A stretch of 64,000 nucleotides of DNA from Lophium mytilinum (taxonomy: Eukaryota): contig MU004190.1 in NCBI GenBank assembly GCA_010093605.1, positions 806,001 to 870,000 on the forward strand. The letters are read 5' to 3'. Shown here in pieces: positions 23,501 to 35,311 of this stretch. Position numbers and translations under genes: made by a program. Within the stretch, counting starts at the first letter, position 1, and every line of letters begins with the position of its first letter. The notes below the pieces were generated by a model. The model saw only the letters and a list, made by a program, of their open reading frames with translations, did not search any database and was not told the DNA's origin.

Positions 23501-26500
23501 GAAGCCAGCTGCGTCAAAAGCATCGTTGATAGCACTACATCTCCCAGCGGCATCGCCGAAAAACAGAAACATTCTCCTTTGGGAATCATGTTGCCTTGTG
23601 CGTCTAGGAGCCAAGCGTTAAGAACCAATCAACCGCCTGCTTTCTGATGTCGAGCAAGGTTGCAACGCCCGTGGAAATTTACGAGATATGAGCCCGAGAG
23701 CCATGGGAGAACATGCGCTAAAACTTCGAGGCAGCTTGACATCGATGAAGCGGAGTCTTAGTTTCTGGTTGGGCTGGGGAAAACCCTATGCTCCCTAATG
23801 GGACGAAAATTTGACTATGAAACAAAACCATGTTCTTGTTGGTTTTGCGTGCGGAGATCGGCCCTACAAGTTCATCATGTGGCCTGAATCTCGGCATCAA
23901 GACTCAAAGCATTCCTCCGCATGGAGAGCTGATTGCATCTGACCCCGAGGCGTGAACAAAACGACTCGGATTACAACGTTGATGACCTGGGGAGTCTGTC
24001 GAGCCCGTTGGAGACCTTGGTGTTGAGCTCCTAAGATTATCCGAAGCCATGCGCGATGTTCCGTCGGCGTGGCAAGAAATCTAGGGAAGCGCTTGGGATG
24101 GAGGGAGTACAGGCCAGGTTTCCTAGAATCTCAGCGGCGAGTAATCCGCGCTTTACAGGGCAACCGATGGCCCGTCGCAACCTGGATGTGGGTAGCACGA
24201 CTACGGAAACATCCACTCCACATTTGGGCCATGGAGCTCATCCGCTGGTGCACCAAAGACGCAAATGAACTTTTCAACCAGACCGGTCCTCCCACGTTGG
24301 CTCAATTACAGAAATGTAACTCGCCATCAGAAGGATGTGCCGTTGACCGTCTCATAGCCGACCCGACCCTACGAGGTCTAAATGGTGTGGTTCGAGAATC
24401 CAAATTATACAGGAAAAGAGCCGCATGCTCGACAATTGGCTCATTTCTCGCTGGAGCTAAAATCGGACAGTGACTTGAACATGAGAGCGATTAGTACGAG
24501 AAGCCCTCGAAAGGAAAGTGACCTGAGGTTCCAAAAGAAACTCACACATGTTAGCTCGGCGTCTACCAAGACTCCAGAAACCCGCGCCGGTTCCATTCAT
24601 GTTGAGACCCGAACCCAGTCACTTCAAAGAAAAAAAAATAGGAACAGATGATGTTTGGTCAACCTTGCCAAAAGAGTGTTCTGACTTGGCCTGTTTTTCC
24701 ATTCGAGACCTGTCGTACTATACCAAAGAATATTCGCATGAGCCCGGAACTGCGCTGCAACCTGCAGGCGTCACACTCCCTGACCGACCTGATTCGGTGT
24801 CCTGAGTTCCGCCAGTCTTGCCAAAAATCAAGAAGGCGGCTCACTTTCCATGTGAGAAAGACCCGTTGGGCTGAGTTACGCGCTCGAGACGGGCAGTGTT
24901 GGGATCGAAAATGGCTGCAATTGTTCGTCATGAAGGAGAGAACCATTTCGGACTTCTAAATTTAGTGTCAACCAGCCTTGCATATGCTACTCCGAGACCT
25001 ATCACAAAAGCCGAACGGAAACTAACATACGAGAAGGCGAGACTCAATCCATTCGTGAAGACATGGTCATGGAGAGGGAGTCGGGTTCTGCTTGTCTTGC
25101 TCAACATTCCAAGACGACGAGGTCTGGAAACTGAGTACGGTCACTGATCAATTCTGGTCCCAGAAGGAGATTGTGCTGGCAGCGGAAGCATGGAGTCTCA
25201 GCCGCCTATGGAAGTGGGTAGTACCTTCTCCAACTCTATCCCGCAGTCGTGGCCATGTTCTAGTGGTCTCGTCTAAAAGTCCTTTCAGTCAACTCATCTT
25301 ATGGAGGATGACCGCCCAGCGAAATACCGTGACGCGATACTCCACGTCGAGAGCAGAGTTCAGCTGCTCCAAATCCGAACCTAAGGGAAGCGTCTTGCGA
25401 CTGCTTCGTCTTTTTAAATAGCGCCGAGAGTCCCGGTCATGCTGCAGATCGAGACCACCGTGAATCAAAGGCGCGTTAACGTATCGGCCTGTGACCAGCA
25501 ACCATCACACTTAAAGGTTTCCATGCCTCCAGAGCTTCTTCGCATGCTCTGGAGTGATGGATCGGCTCGAAACAGAGGTTTCAGAATGCCCATGGAGGAA
25601 TACCGGGTGACAAGGGTGTTCAAACCTTTCGTTGTTTACAACCGATGTGGGGCAGGTGGCCCAGTGGCCTAGGTCAGACATAGCCAGTCTTTTAATGAGA
25701 AGTAGTAAAGGCATCTGCTTTCACCACCAAACCATAACCGCAAGAATCTTTCATGAAGGTTTGGTCTGTATCGAAGATGAGATTCAAACAGGTCATGTAG
25801 AGTTTCAATGCTGGCGACCTCAGCACATCATGATCATTACAGCACCGAGCAATCCATGGAACTCTGTACATTCTCTTCGCTTGAACCGTAGTAAGACTTT
25901 CAAGATAGGACTATATCTGTCTCATGTGGTGGAGTCGTAGAACTAACGCTCGTACGCATACGTTAGTATAGTCACGTTCCTATGTCCAATTGAACCTCTT
26001 ACGCGTTTTTTGATGACAATCCAACTGTTCGTGCACGTGTTTTCTCTGGTGGCTATTTAGCTCGTCGTGACCTTCGCGTGATTGAGACAATAGTCCGGGG
26101 AGAGTCGTCGCGAGGCTGTGACCCTTTCGCCGCCGCTTAAGTGGCTTCGACACCTGGTTGAAATCATGAGTGAAACGTGAACTCCGTAATGCTAGCATCC
26201 GAGCTTCATTTCCAGCGCTATTCATTGGCTGAATGATCGTTGAAAACTTGAACGGTCTCTAATAGTGACATCTAGTATTATGAGAGCATAGAATGAGATA
26301 TGAGCATTGAGGAAGTACATAATCAAGATGACTTTGAAATAACTTCAACAAAGTCGTAGTGAATAGATTCTTATCCGTCTTACCGCAAGAGCGCAGCCAG
26401 ATATCCCCCAATGCATCGCCATCAACGCCGCAAGAATGCTAATTACGCATTCTACCCCTCCCAAAAAAACTCGTTGGGAGATGACGCAGACTCAATGGAA

Positions 26501-26672
26501 CGAGAAACTGCGTAATAAAAAATGCAATTGGTATATGAACACGCCCAAGAAGAGAGGAACGCCCACAATGCAACCAAACCAAACCATTACTCATTCCAAT
26601 ACTGCGTTTCGCATGCACTTCGTGTTTCACCGGGCTCGGTATGTTGCCAAGCCCCTCTCCTCCAGTATCATC

Positions 26673-29600
26673 TCAAAAAACGCCGCCAGGCGACTTATCT
26701 CGTTCGTAGAAGACAATATAAGCGTTCTCGTTCTGCAGTCGGCTTAAGGCAGACAAACGGTCAGGGTCAAAATCCGTGGCCTTTTCGTCGTTGAATTCAC
26801 GCCAGACGCCCTTGCCTTTATCTTTCACTAATGCAGTGTAATGTCCGCTGCTCAGCGTATTGCCCATGTGTCGGATAACTCCGTAGGCGTTGTAAACATA
26901 AGGGCCATTCATGGCCGAATCTCCTTTCAAATTGGCAAGATTCTGTGCGCCTTCCTTGGCATGGGCGATGATGTAGTCTTCATCCTCCGGCTTGAGGGGA
27001 GGCAGCGTGAATGGTGCGAGATCTAGCCCGTGTAGCGGAAACTCTATCGGTGTACGTATCTTGCGCGCCCTTTCCGTGTGTGATGCGCTGAAGCGTTTGA
27101 AATGGATGACGAGGAACTCAGGTGCTCGCGTGATTGTGAGCTTCTTCGTAGCTTCGCGATCTACTTTGCATCTTGGGCACTTCCAGACTTCGTCGCCAGA
27201 TAATCGTTCCTGTGCGCAGTAGGACCGTAGGCAATCTCGTAGGTCGGCAGGCCGATCCTTAGGAATCTCGACACTAATACTCCAGAATGCCTCATATGTT
27301 GTGCTCGTAGTCCCGCACACTGTGCAGCTGAGTTGCGAGGCGTGTTGACCGGCAAACAAATCCCCAACTACTGACTGCTCGCGATGGGTATAACGCCGCC
27401 ATTCAATCTTGGCTGCATAAGGTCTCGGAAGATGTTCACGTGCTAATTCGTCCGCTGGGGTAAGCTGGTGGAGCGGAGGTTTCGCCCACACGGTATTTAG
27501 ATCCTCGTGAAAGGAGTCCAGAACAAATTCTAAGAACTCTTTGGCGTCTTGCTGTCGATCGATCCCCCATTCCGAGTTGAATCGTGCACAGATTTTCTGA
27601 GAGATGGTTAGCTCTCCGCGCAGTGGATTTGTTGCCAAGAAAAAGAAGTACTCACCCTGAAAGAAGATGGCCGGATTGGTCTATGATCTTTTCCCCACAG
27701 ATTCTGCACGAGTGTAGCAAAGGTTTCAGACATCAAACCTCGTGTTCCTTTCCAGTTCTCCCGCTGTATCGATCTCAAGTACTCGTTGCTCAAGAACAGC
27801 TGTGTGAGTGGGCTTGTAGCGTTCAGGCATTGGATTGTTGAGTTCATGTAACACGTTACGCCGAAATTGTGGAGGCCCGTCTTGGGAAGCCTGTATTGCG
27901 GATGGTAGCTTGGTGAAACATATGCTGGAAGCTGTGTAGCCCGGCCTTGAGGAGCAGCTTGACGCTCGTGAACTCCACTGTAGCTCACTCGAGGTACAGA
28001 TGGTGGTGGTCGTGAAGGCACAGAAGGAATAGCAGGAGCGGTATAGTTGTTTGGGACTGGCTTCCGAGGGGGAGGATATATCATGGACTGATGTTCTATT
28101 TCGGCTGGGTCAGGGTAACGACGTAGGAAATCGCTAGTAGTGCGATAGATGGGCGACTCTATTTCTTCCTCGCCGATGTTGTCCATAGATTGCCTCTCCA
28201 AGGCAGGTCGGTCTCTTCGCGCTTCCTCGAGTAGTCTGCGTTCTTCTTCTGGATCCATAGGAGCATAATCTCGCCTCCGCTGGATATTTGGTCTTACGCC
28301 ATTTCTTGCCATTGGCACTCTTCTAATCGCGCGCGCCGGCTTTGTATGGCCGGAAGCTACGAGAGCGGCTGTGTTTGAAGTCTTTAGGGCTGTATTACCT
28401 AAAAGGTCAGTCCAGGCGTGTATCCCGCCCATGAGCAAAATCGGAGGTCTTTGTAACGGCTTGTCCGAGTTGAACTCATAGAGCGTGTCAAAAAGTCGCT
28501 TGAGCGCAACCTCTTGGTCATTTCGTGGAGGTTTTGTAAGAAACGCTGTGCTTGACGTGGATTCGTCGTAGTATACCACAAGGTCATACTCATTCCGTCG
28601 TTCGAACATATTCTGTTCTTCGTCCGGAGAAAGAACTAGGCGGTCTTGCAATTGCTCGGCAGATTTTCCCTCCTCGAGAGCCGTCGGTTCCACACACATG
28701 ATGTTGTTCACATATATATGGCCTTCATCAAATTCCTCTCGGTCTCGAACATCGATCAGCAAAACACTGTGCATCCTTGTGTAATCATAAAGCTTCTCAG
28801 CGCTGATGTCAAGCTCTCGTGGCACATGTAATGATTTTCGACGGACCGGTACAGGCGTCTGTGAGCTATTCGTGGATGGAAAATACGAGTCGATATCGCC
28901 ATTCGTGCTGGTAGGATATACGGACACATTAGACACTAGAGAGTTGCTTCGACCGGCCGATCCGACCATGCTCCGAGCAGTGCTTCGAGGAGGGTTGATG
29001 TTCGCAGGAGTTGACAGATTCCTAGCAGGACTATACGTTGGGCTTGGTTCTTTTGGCATCGACGCTGCAAGTCGAGTATTCAGAGGTAATTTTGGCGGAT
29101 GGGGAGGAGGTAACGAGGGCGGTGGAGGCATATCCCGCGGCCCTGACGGTCGAGTGGAAGAAGTATATTCTGTAGGAGAAGGCATCTGAGCAGACAGCGC
29201 TCCGGCACTTGGAGGACTCGTTGTATCGATTGTTTGGGGCGTAGGCCTCAAACGAGTGAAGCGTTCCATGAGGGGATCCGCCGATACATTGCTTGGTGGA
29301 ATTCCATTACTTCCCAGAGATCGACCATGCAGATTATGCGGTTTAGGGTGAACGAAAGGCCTTGATCTATGAGAGTCTGATGAGCCTGACGGTGACGAGC
29401 GGCCATTCGCATTGTCTGCCGGGACTTCAAGAGAGGGACGCTGAGGGAACATCAATTCATCATCGCGAGAGACCGGTGCCGGGGCACTTGGCAACGAGTG
29501 CCGTGTGCTTTGCATACTATAGTTCGTCTGTCCATTCGGCGTAATTGGGCGGTAATTTCCCGACACGTTATCGACACCTCTTGAAGAAGGGCGTCCGACA

Positions 29601-30206
29601 GGGCGACGTGCTGACTGTGTTCCGTTCCTCTTATTATCGTTCTGTATGATGTCCTTGATTTTCTGGAATCTCTCATGGTGCAATCGGATTTCCTAATAGA
29701 CAGTCAGTTCAATAGTTTAGATGCGACGCCTTACGACATACCTTCGTCAGCTCCTGCAGCTGCCTATACCGTGGACCCCTGCTACTTTGAAAATCTACGT
29801 ATCGAGGGTTGGCCGGTATGACCTCTGAAAGTATGGTGAAGGCTATCAAGAATTCTTGAAAGGCGCGGTCTGGTCGCCGGCTATGCTGTAGCATCATTTT
29901 GGCCGAATTGAAAGCCGCCTGAGCCTTGTCTACTTGGCCAATAATCTATTCGCAATGTTAGAAAGTCCATAGTCGCCTCTTTCCCAGGAGCAAACGTACT
30001 GAAGCGCCACGAAAGGAGTCGACGGTTTCTTGCGCCGTGGCCACGATATCTTGAAAGTAAGGTAGAGCTCCAGAAGGCCCTCTCCCATCACCGCCTGCAG
30101 CACTGCTTCCCCTCCAGCCGCCTTCGCCCGCGGTGGGCGCATCATAGCCGTGCCCATTCATGGCGTTCCTCGGACCTGTTGGTGGAGGAGGTGCGGCAAC
30201 GCTCAT
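26673..30206 (-). CDS. DOA4: Ubiquitin carboxyl-terminal hydrolase, Doa4/USP8 family (rhodanese + USP domains), multi-exon
   Basis: Rhodanese LLIDVRDREEFDEGHI; Cys box GLHNFGVTCYMNS; QQDAKEF; His box HMGNTLSSGHYTA; FNDE; AYIVFY. Confidence 0.9.
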
Positions 30207-30757
30207 GCCCGCTGCTTACGATCCAGCAGGCCGGTACATGATAGAGGCGCAGGTATTTATGACGATGCTCTACGGGCGACGATGCGACTCGAGGGCGGGC
30301 GGATAATTGCAGGGAGGGGGGTCGGGAGGCGGCAGGTGAGGTAATTCACGGTTCCGCTGGCGGAGAGAGCTGCGGGGATGTAAAAGCGCTGTTGGGGGAG
30401 CAGAAGTGGCGGTTTATATATGTGGACGCGGAGAATAGTGCAGAAGATGAAAGACAGGCGTTGTTTGCGTCGCAGAGGGCGTGTGGTCTCAACATCGCAG
30501 GCGGGCCTTGTCTCGCTGCTGTTGTGGCGGTGGAGTTGTAGCGGCGGCCCAGTGACGAAGCCAAGCCCACCTGAAGCTCTCTCGCCGCCTCATGCCTAAG
30601 CTGCTACCTACCTCCCCAATACCTCGCCGTCCGCTGCCAAACCCCTCTCTCGCACCTCCTTGAGTCTGTGTGAAGCCGACTGTAATACACCTCCGCTGGT
30701 CGCACAGCTCTGCAGCTTCATCCTCTTCCTCGCGCAACCCGGAGCCCCTCAGCCACC

Positions 30758-33358
30758 ATGGCGGGCTGGTTTGCGTCCTCCAACTCCGCCCTCGATGAGC
30801 AGATCGAGCGCGCGACGTCCTCGAGCTTGTATGTGTTTCGTCTTCGCCATAGTGTCTAGTGGCCCTGTCAAGCTAACCGTGTGCAGAGAGGATATCGCCT
30901 TGAACCTCGAGATATCCGACATTATTCGATCCAAAACGGTGCAGCCTAAAGAGGCTATGCGCTCTCTCAAACGACGGATAGGCCACAAGAATCCAAACTT
31001 CCAGATCGCGGCCCTGAACGTAAATATCCCACAATTCCCGGGGTGACGCGGAAGCAACGGAGACTGACATTCACCACAGCTCACAGATACCTGCGTGAAG
31101 AACGGCGGTTCTCATTTTATGGCCGAGATCGCATCCCGGGAGTTTATGGACAACCTGACCTCGATACTCAAGGCCTACGGAGCAGCAGAGCCAAATCAAG
31201 ACGTGAAGAATAAGATTCTGGAGCTCATTCAATCGTGGGCCACAGCCGCCGAGGGGCGGAGTAACCTCATCTACATCAACGAAGTCTACCGGACACTGCA
31301 ACGCGAGGGTTATAAGTTCCCACCAAAGGCAGATATTGCCAGCAGTATGTTTGATAGCAGTGCAGTACGTCCCTCTTTCCTCCGGGCTTCTTTAAACCTG
31401 TACTAATCAGACTACCCGGAGCAGCCTCCGGAATGGACAGACTCTGACGTCTGTATGAGATGCCGGACCGCCTTCACCTTCACAAATCGGAAACATCATT
31501 GCAGGAACTGCGGCAATGTCTTCTGTGGGGCTTGCTCGAGCAAGAGCTTGCCGCTGCCGCATCTGGGGATTCTGGAGCCTGTGCGCGTGGACGATGGCTG
31601 CTATGCCAAGTTGACGGACAAATCTCGCGGTACTCCAGTACCAAGGGGGTTTGATGCCAGCAAGCCGGCGAAGACACTATATCAAGGCTCGATGGAACCG
31701 CGAAACGCCCGGGTAGAGGACAGCTTCGATGCCGATCTAAAGAAGGCGCTTGAGATGAGCCTTGAAGAGGTCAATGGACACCAGCGGGGATACGTGCCGC
31801 AGGCACAACTACAACAACAGAACAAGGCCCCCCCAATCAACGGAACCACAAAACCTACTCCGCAGGCTCAACCTCAAGCAGAAGAGGACGAGGACGAGGA
31901 ACTCAAGGCTGCGATCGCTGCGTCTCTAGCAGATATGGAGGAGCAGAAAAAGAAGCATGCCCTGGCACTAAAGCAGCAATCATCTACGTCTAATGGGCTT
32001 CCGACAATTGCGCCCAAGAACGACTACGAGCTCACCCCTATGGAAGCGGAAAATATCAATCTCTTTTCTACTCTTGTTGACCGGTTACAACATCAGCCGC
32101 CAGGCACCATATTGCGGGAACCACAGATCCAGGAATTATATGAGGGCATTGGAAAGCTTAGACCTAAGCTAGCTAGAACCTATGGCGAGACGATGAGCAA
32201 GCACGGTATGTTTTCTCCCTCGACTATTTGAATGCTCGACTAATTTCTGAAGACACCCTTCTTGACCTCCACGCTAAACTTTCTACTGTCGTCCGCTACT
32301 ATGATCGGATGCTTGAGGAGCGACTCTCTAACACATATACCCAACATGGAGCAGCCTACGGATTACCCCCAAGCATGCAGCGACCGACGTCTAATTTGTA
32401 TCCTACTATTCAGGCAGGGATGACAGATAGCCAGACTGGAGAAAGCTACTATACAGGAAATGCAGCCTCGTCTGAGCCAGCCTACGCCCGCCCACCATCC
32501 ACTTACGCATATTCCACACCCCAGCAGCAGGCGCCAGCCTATGGCCAATTCGATAAGCGGGCTCCGGTGCCACAGTATGGCGCACCCCCGCAAGAGCAGT
32601 CATACCAGCAGCCACAGCAGCCGTATCCTAATCTGTCAGCCTACAGTGGCGGACCAGTTCCGCAACAGCAACGACCAGCCAGCACAACCTATCAACCACA
32701 GCAAGCCCCTGGTGAGGGTTCGCCTCATATGCAGCGGCGAGTCTCATCTCAACAATACCCTTCTCAGCCTGCGTCCCAATATGCGCCTTCGCAACCTTCC
32801 GCTCCAGATGATGCAACTGCGTCGTACTACTACGGCGACCAAGCGCCCTCGCAACCGCCGGCTCCCCAGCAGGAGACCTACGCGCCTACGCCCCTACTTC
32901 AACACCAGAAACCAGCCTCTCCCCAGCTCTACCACCACGCTCCTCAACAAACCCCTTTATCACCACCGCAAGCATCTCAGCCGCTCCCGGCACCACAAAA
33001 TCCTCCGTATCCCGCCCAAGCTCCCCCACCAACGCCCTACTGGCAACAACCAGACGCGGGATCCGCTCCGCAGCAACAAGGTCCACCGCAGACATCTCAA
33101 CAACAGCCTCAACAGCAAGCTGCTCCAGTCCCATCCCAGCCACTCCCCGCTGCGGCCCCGCCACAGCAACCCCAACAGCAGCAAGCTTACTGGCAGCCTC
33201 CCGCCCAACAGCAGCGTGCGCCGCCCGCACAAGTTGCAGCGCAATGGCAACCACCGCCTTTTGCGACTGGGGGCTACGGCCCGGAAAGCTTCCCGGCGGC
33301 ACCGCAACATCAGTTGCCTGTCGCGCCGAAGGTAGAAGAGGCGTTAATTGAGTTGTAG
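30758..33358 (+). CDS. VPS27: ESCRT-0 subunit Vps27/Hrs (VHS, FYVE, 2x UIM, GAT-like, P/Q-rich tail)
   Basis: [58 protein letters not shown]; UIMs [10 protein letters not shown] and [11 protein letters not shown]-terminal clathrin-box-like LIEL. Confidence 0.95.
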
Positions 33359-33920
33359 GTCGTAGTTGTCTGTCGAATGGATCGTGGAGAGAGTTTGCGT
33401 GCTCATAGGGTTGGCGTCTTTCTTCTACCTGGAATAGGAATTGCGGTACTGTTTGGTGGTTGGTGGATCGGTTAGTCAATCATTGCTTGCGCTTGCATTT
33501 GTTCGAGGCGTTCTGAATTCAACGGGTCAGAAGGCGGGGAGTATATACCTCGCAAGACGGTAGGTGCTTTTCGAGATCCCGGATTGGCCTGTGGAAGGGG
33601 GAGGAGAGAAGACAGAGGACAGCGTTAGGTAGTTTGAATGGTCAGCTGTGATATGTCTAGACAAAGCATGTAAGAGTCAATTTTCGAACCCTCATGACGA
33701 CGATGAGCTGTCTCTACCTGAGTTTCCGTTTCTCCGGCTGTCAGAAACATATCCAGATAAACTTTCCCCTATCTCGTGTCCTGTTCGCTCATCCACTCAT
33801 CCAACATCAAGACATTACTACCCACCTGGCATCCCGCCTGAAGCACTGAACCAAATTTCGTTCCCTTCCCATCTCCCATTCAACCCTCCACAAGCACGAT
33901 ACACCAACCCCACTCCTTCT

Positions 33921-34628
33921 TCACTTCTCCCGCTCCTCATCTCGCTCCCCAACTATCTGCCCCGCCCTCCTCACATCCCTCGTCGTCACCTCCCGGCCCC
34001 CCCTCTCCGCCTGCGCCTGATCCAAAAACCTCCACGCCTCCTCCTTCCGCCCCTTCGTCAGCTCGCTCAGCTTCCCCACCGCCCGCACAAAACCCCCACT
34101 CCACTCCTCCGCTCCCAGCTCCCTCCTCTCCTCCCCCCTCTCCAACCGCTCCACCAATACCCCTTCCGCCGTCACGTCGAGCACCGCGCTCGCCCACCCC
34201 GCCGGCGGCGCGCGCTTCGTCGGGTTCCGCACACAGACGCCCTGCTCGTGGAGCGTGTACTTCAGCACAGGGATGGGCTCGGAGGGCGTGGAGCCGGCGC
34301 CGTGGTCGAGGCGGTAAAGAAGCGCGATGTGCGCGATGTCGTCTTGTGAGAGCACGGGGTCGCGCCAAGTAGAGGTTGGGCCGGTGGGGGTGAGGTGCGA
34401 GGGTAGGATCTGGTCTTGGTGGCAGAGGGACCAGTTGCGGCGGATGTCGCCGAGGATTTCGACGCGGTGGGAGGGGGTGGGTTGGTTGGTGGTCGTCTTG
34501 GGTGTAGACGCGATGGCGGGTTTGAGGTGTCCGGCGCGTTGCTCCGGGGTGGAGGGGGTGACGGGCATGGTTTGTGAGGTGGTGGGTTGACGGGGACGTT
34601 TTGTGTGGCTGGATGGGGTGGACGGCAT
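33921..34628 (-). CDS. Hypothetical protein, 235 aa
   Basis: Intact ORF preceded by CC-ATG; Pro/Thr-rich N-terminus and charged helical C-terminus; no recognised motif. Confidence 0.5.
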   Translation of the reverse strand: MPSTPSSHTKRPRQPTTSQTMPVTPSTPEQRAGHLKPAIASTPKTTTNQPTPSHRVEILGDIRRNWSLCHQDQILPSHLTPTGPTSTWRDPVLSQDDIAHIALLYRLDHGAGSTPSEPIPVLKYTLHEQGVCVRNPTKRAPPAGWASAVLDVTAEGVLVERLERGEERRELGAEEWSGGFVRAVGKLSELTKGRKEEAWRFLDQAQAERGGREVTTRDVRRAGQIVGERDEEREK

Positions 34629-34696
34629 GGTTATAGGTGGAGGTGAGGTTTTGGAGTTTGTGGCCGCGCGTGTGTGGTTGTGTTGTCAGAGATTCA

Positions 34697-35012
34697 ACCC
34701 TAACGATGATGAGAGTGTCGGCCTGAGCGCGGTAGACAGGTGAGTGAGTGGAAGCAGTTTATCGGTGTCTAATCATGATAAGTCGGTAAATTTTCGAAGC
34801 CCCCGAATGTATCTAAGCAGCGTTCGTTAAGGACGTCAGCCCTGGTGGGTGTAGGCTAATACGTTTCCTGGCGCCTCAGGTTCGATTCCCGGGCGTGTCA
34901 GAGTCGAAACAATGCATTTGCACGCTGCATGCGTTTCGTAGTGGAGGCGGATCTGATTCCTGAATTAATGGGATCCGCTATGACGGTCAGGTTGGGGGCC
35001 GTCTGAAAGGGT
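34697..35012 (+). ncRNA. Putative long C/D-box snoRNA-like structured RNA with internal Pol III B box
   Basis: Terminal stem ACCCT (34697-34701) / AGGGT (35008-35012); box C ATGATGA 34706-34712; box D CTGA 35003-35006; B box GGTTCGATTCC 34879-34889; several hairpins; T tracts immediately downstream. Confidence 0.7.
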
Positions 35013-35019
35013 AAATTCC

Positions 35020-35036
35020 TTTTTGCTCTTTTTTTT
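35020..35036 (+). terminator. Oligo-T tracts, candidate Pol III terminator
   Basis: T5 at 35020-35024 and T8 at 35029-35036, directly after the putative ncRNA. Confidence 0.55.
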
Positions 35037-35311
35037 CCTTTGCTTTTTGTGTGAAGCTGCGATCTAGACAAGTGTCGAAAGTTTTATTATTGGTAACGGG
35101 TCAGAAACCCAGTGATGGTCAACCTTGTCTCCGTATAGCTTCATCTCAAAATACATCCATGGACCCGAGCGTCCTCAACCATGGCACACTCTAAAACATT
35201 ACTCTATCCCACACGCATAACTACAAACTGTCTCTTTCATTACCACCTCAAAAATCTTCTGCGTTCGCTTTCTACCACTCTTCATACCACGCCCATCAAT
35301 CCCTATCACAA

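Noticed and set aside
32460..33335. 291-aa alternative-frame ORF inside VPS27
   Set aside because: By-product of the Pro/Gln-rich low-complexity tail.
34696..34704. AACCCTAAC (1.5 telomere repeats) as a telomerase RNA template
   Set aside because: The 9-mer overlaps the predicted C/D terminal stem, no pseudoknot was identified, and known Pezizomycotina telomerase RNAs are far longer than 315 nt. Likely coincidental, though not formally excluded.
34835..34900. tRNA gene suggested by GGTTCGATTCC
   Set aside because: No consistent acceptor stem, D arm or anticodon arm could be built; treated as a B box/T-loop within a larger RNA.
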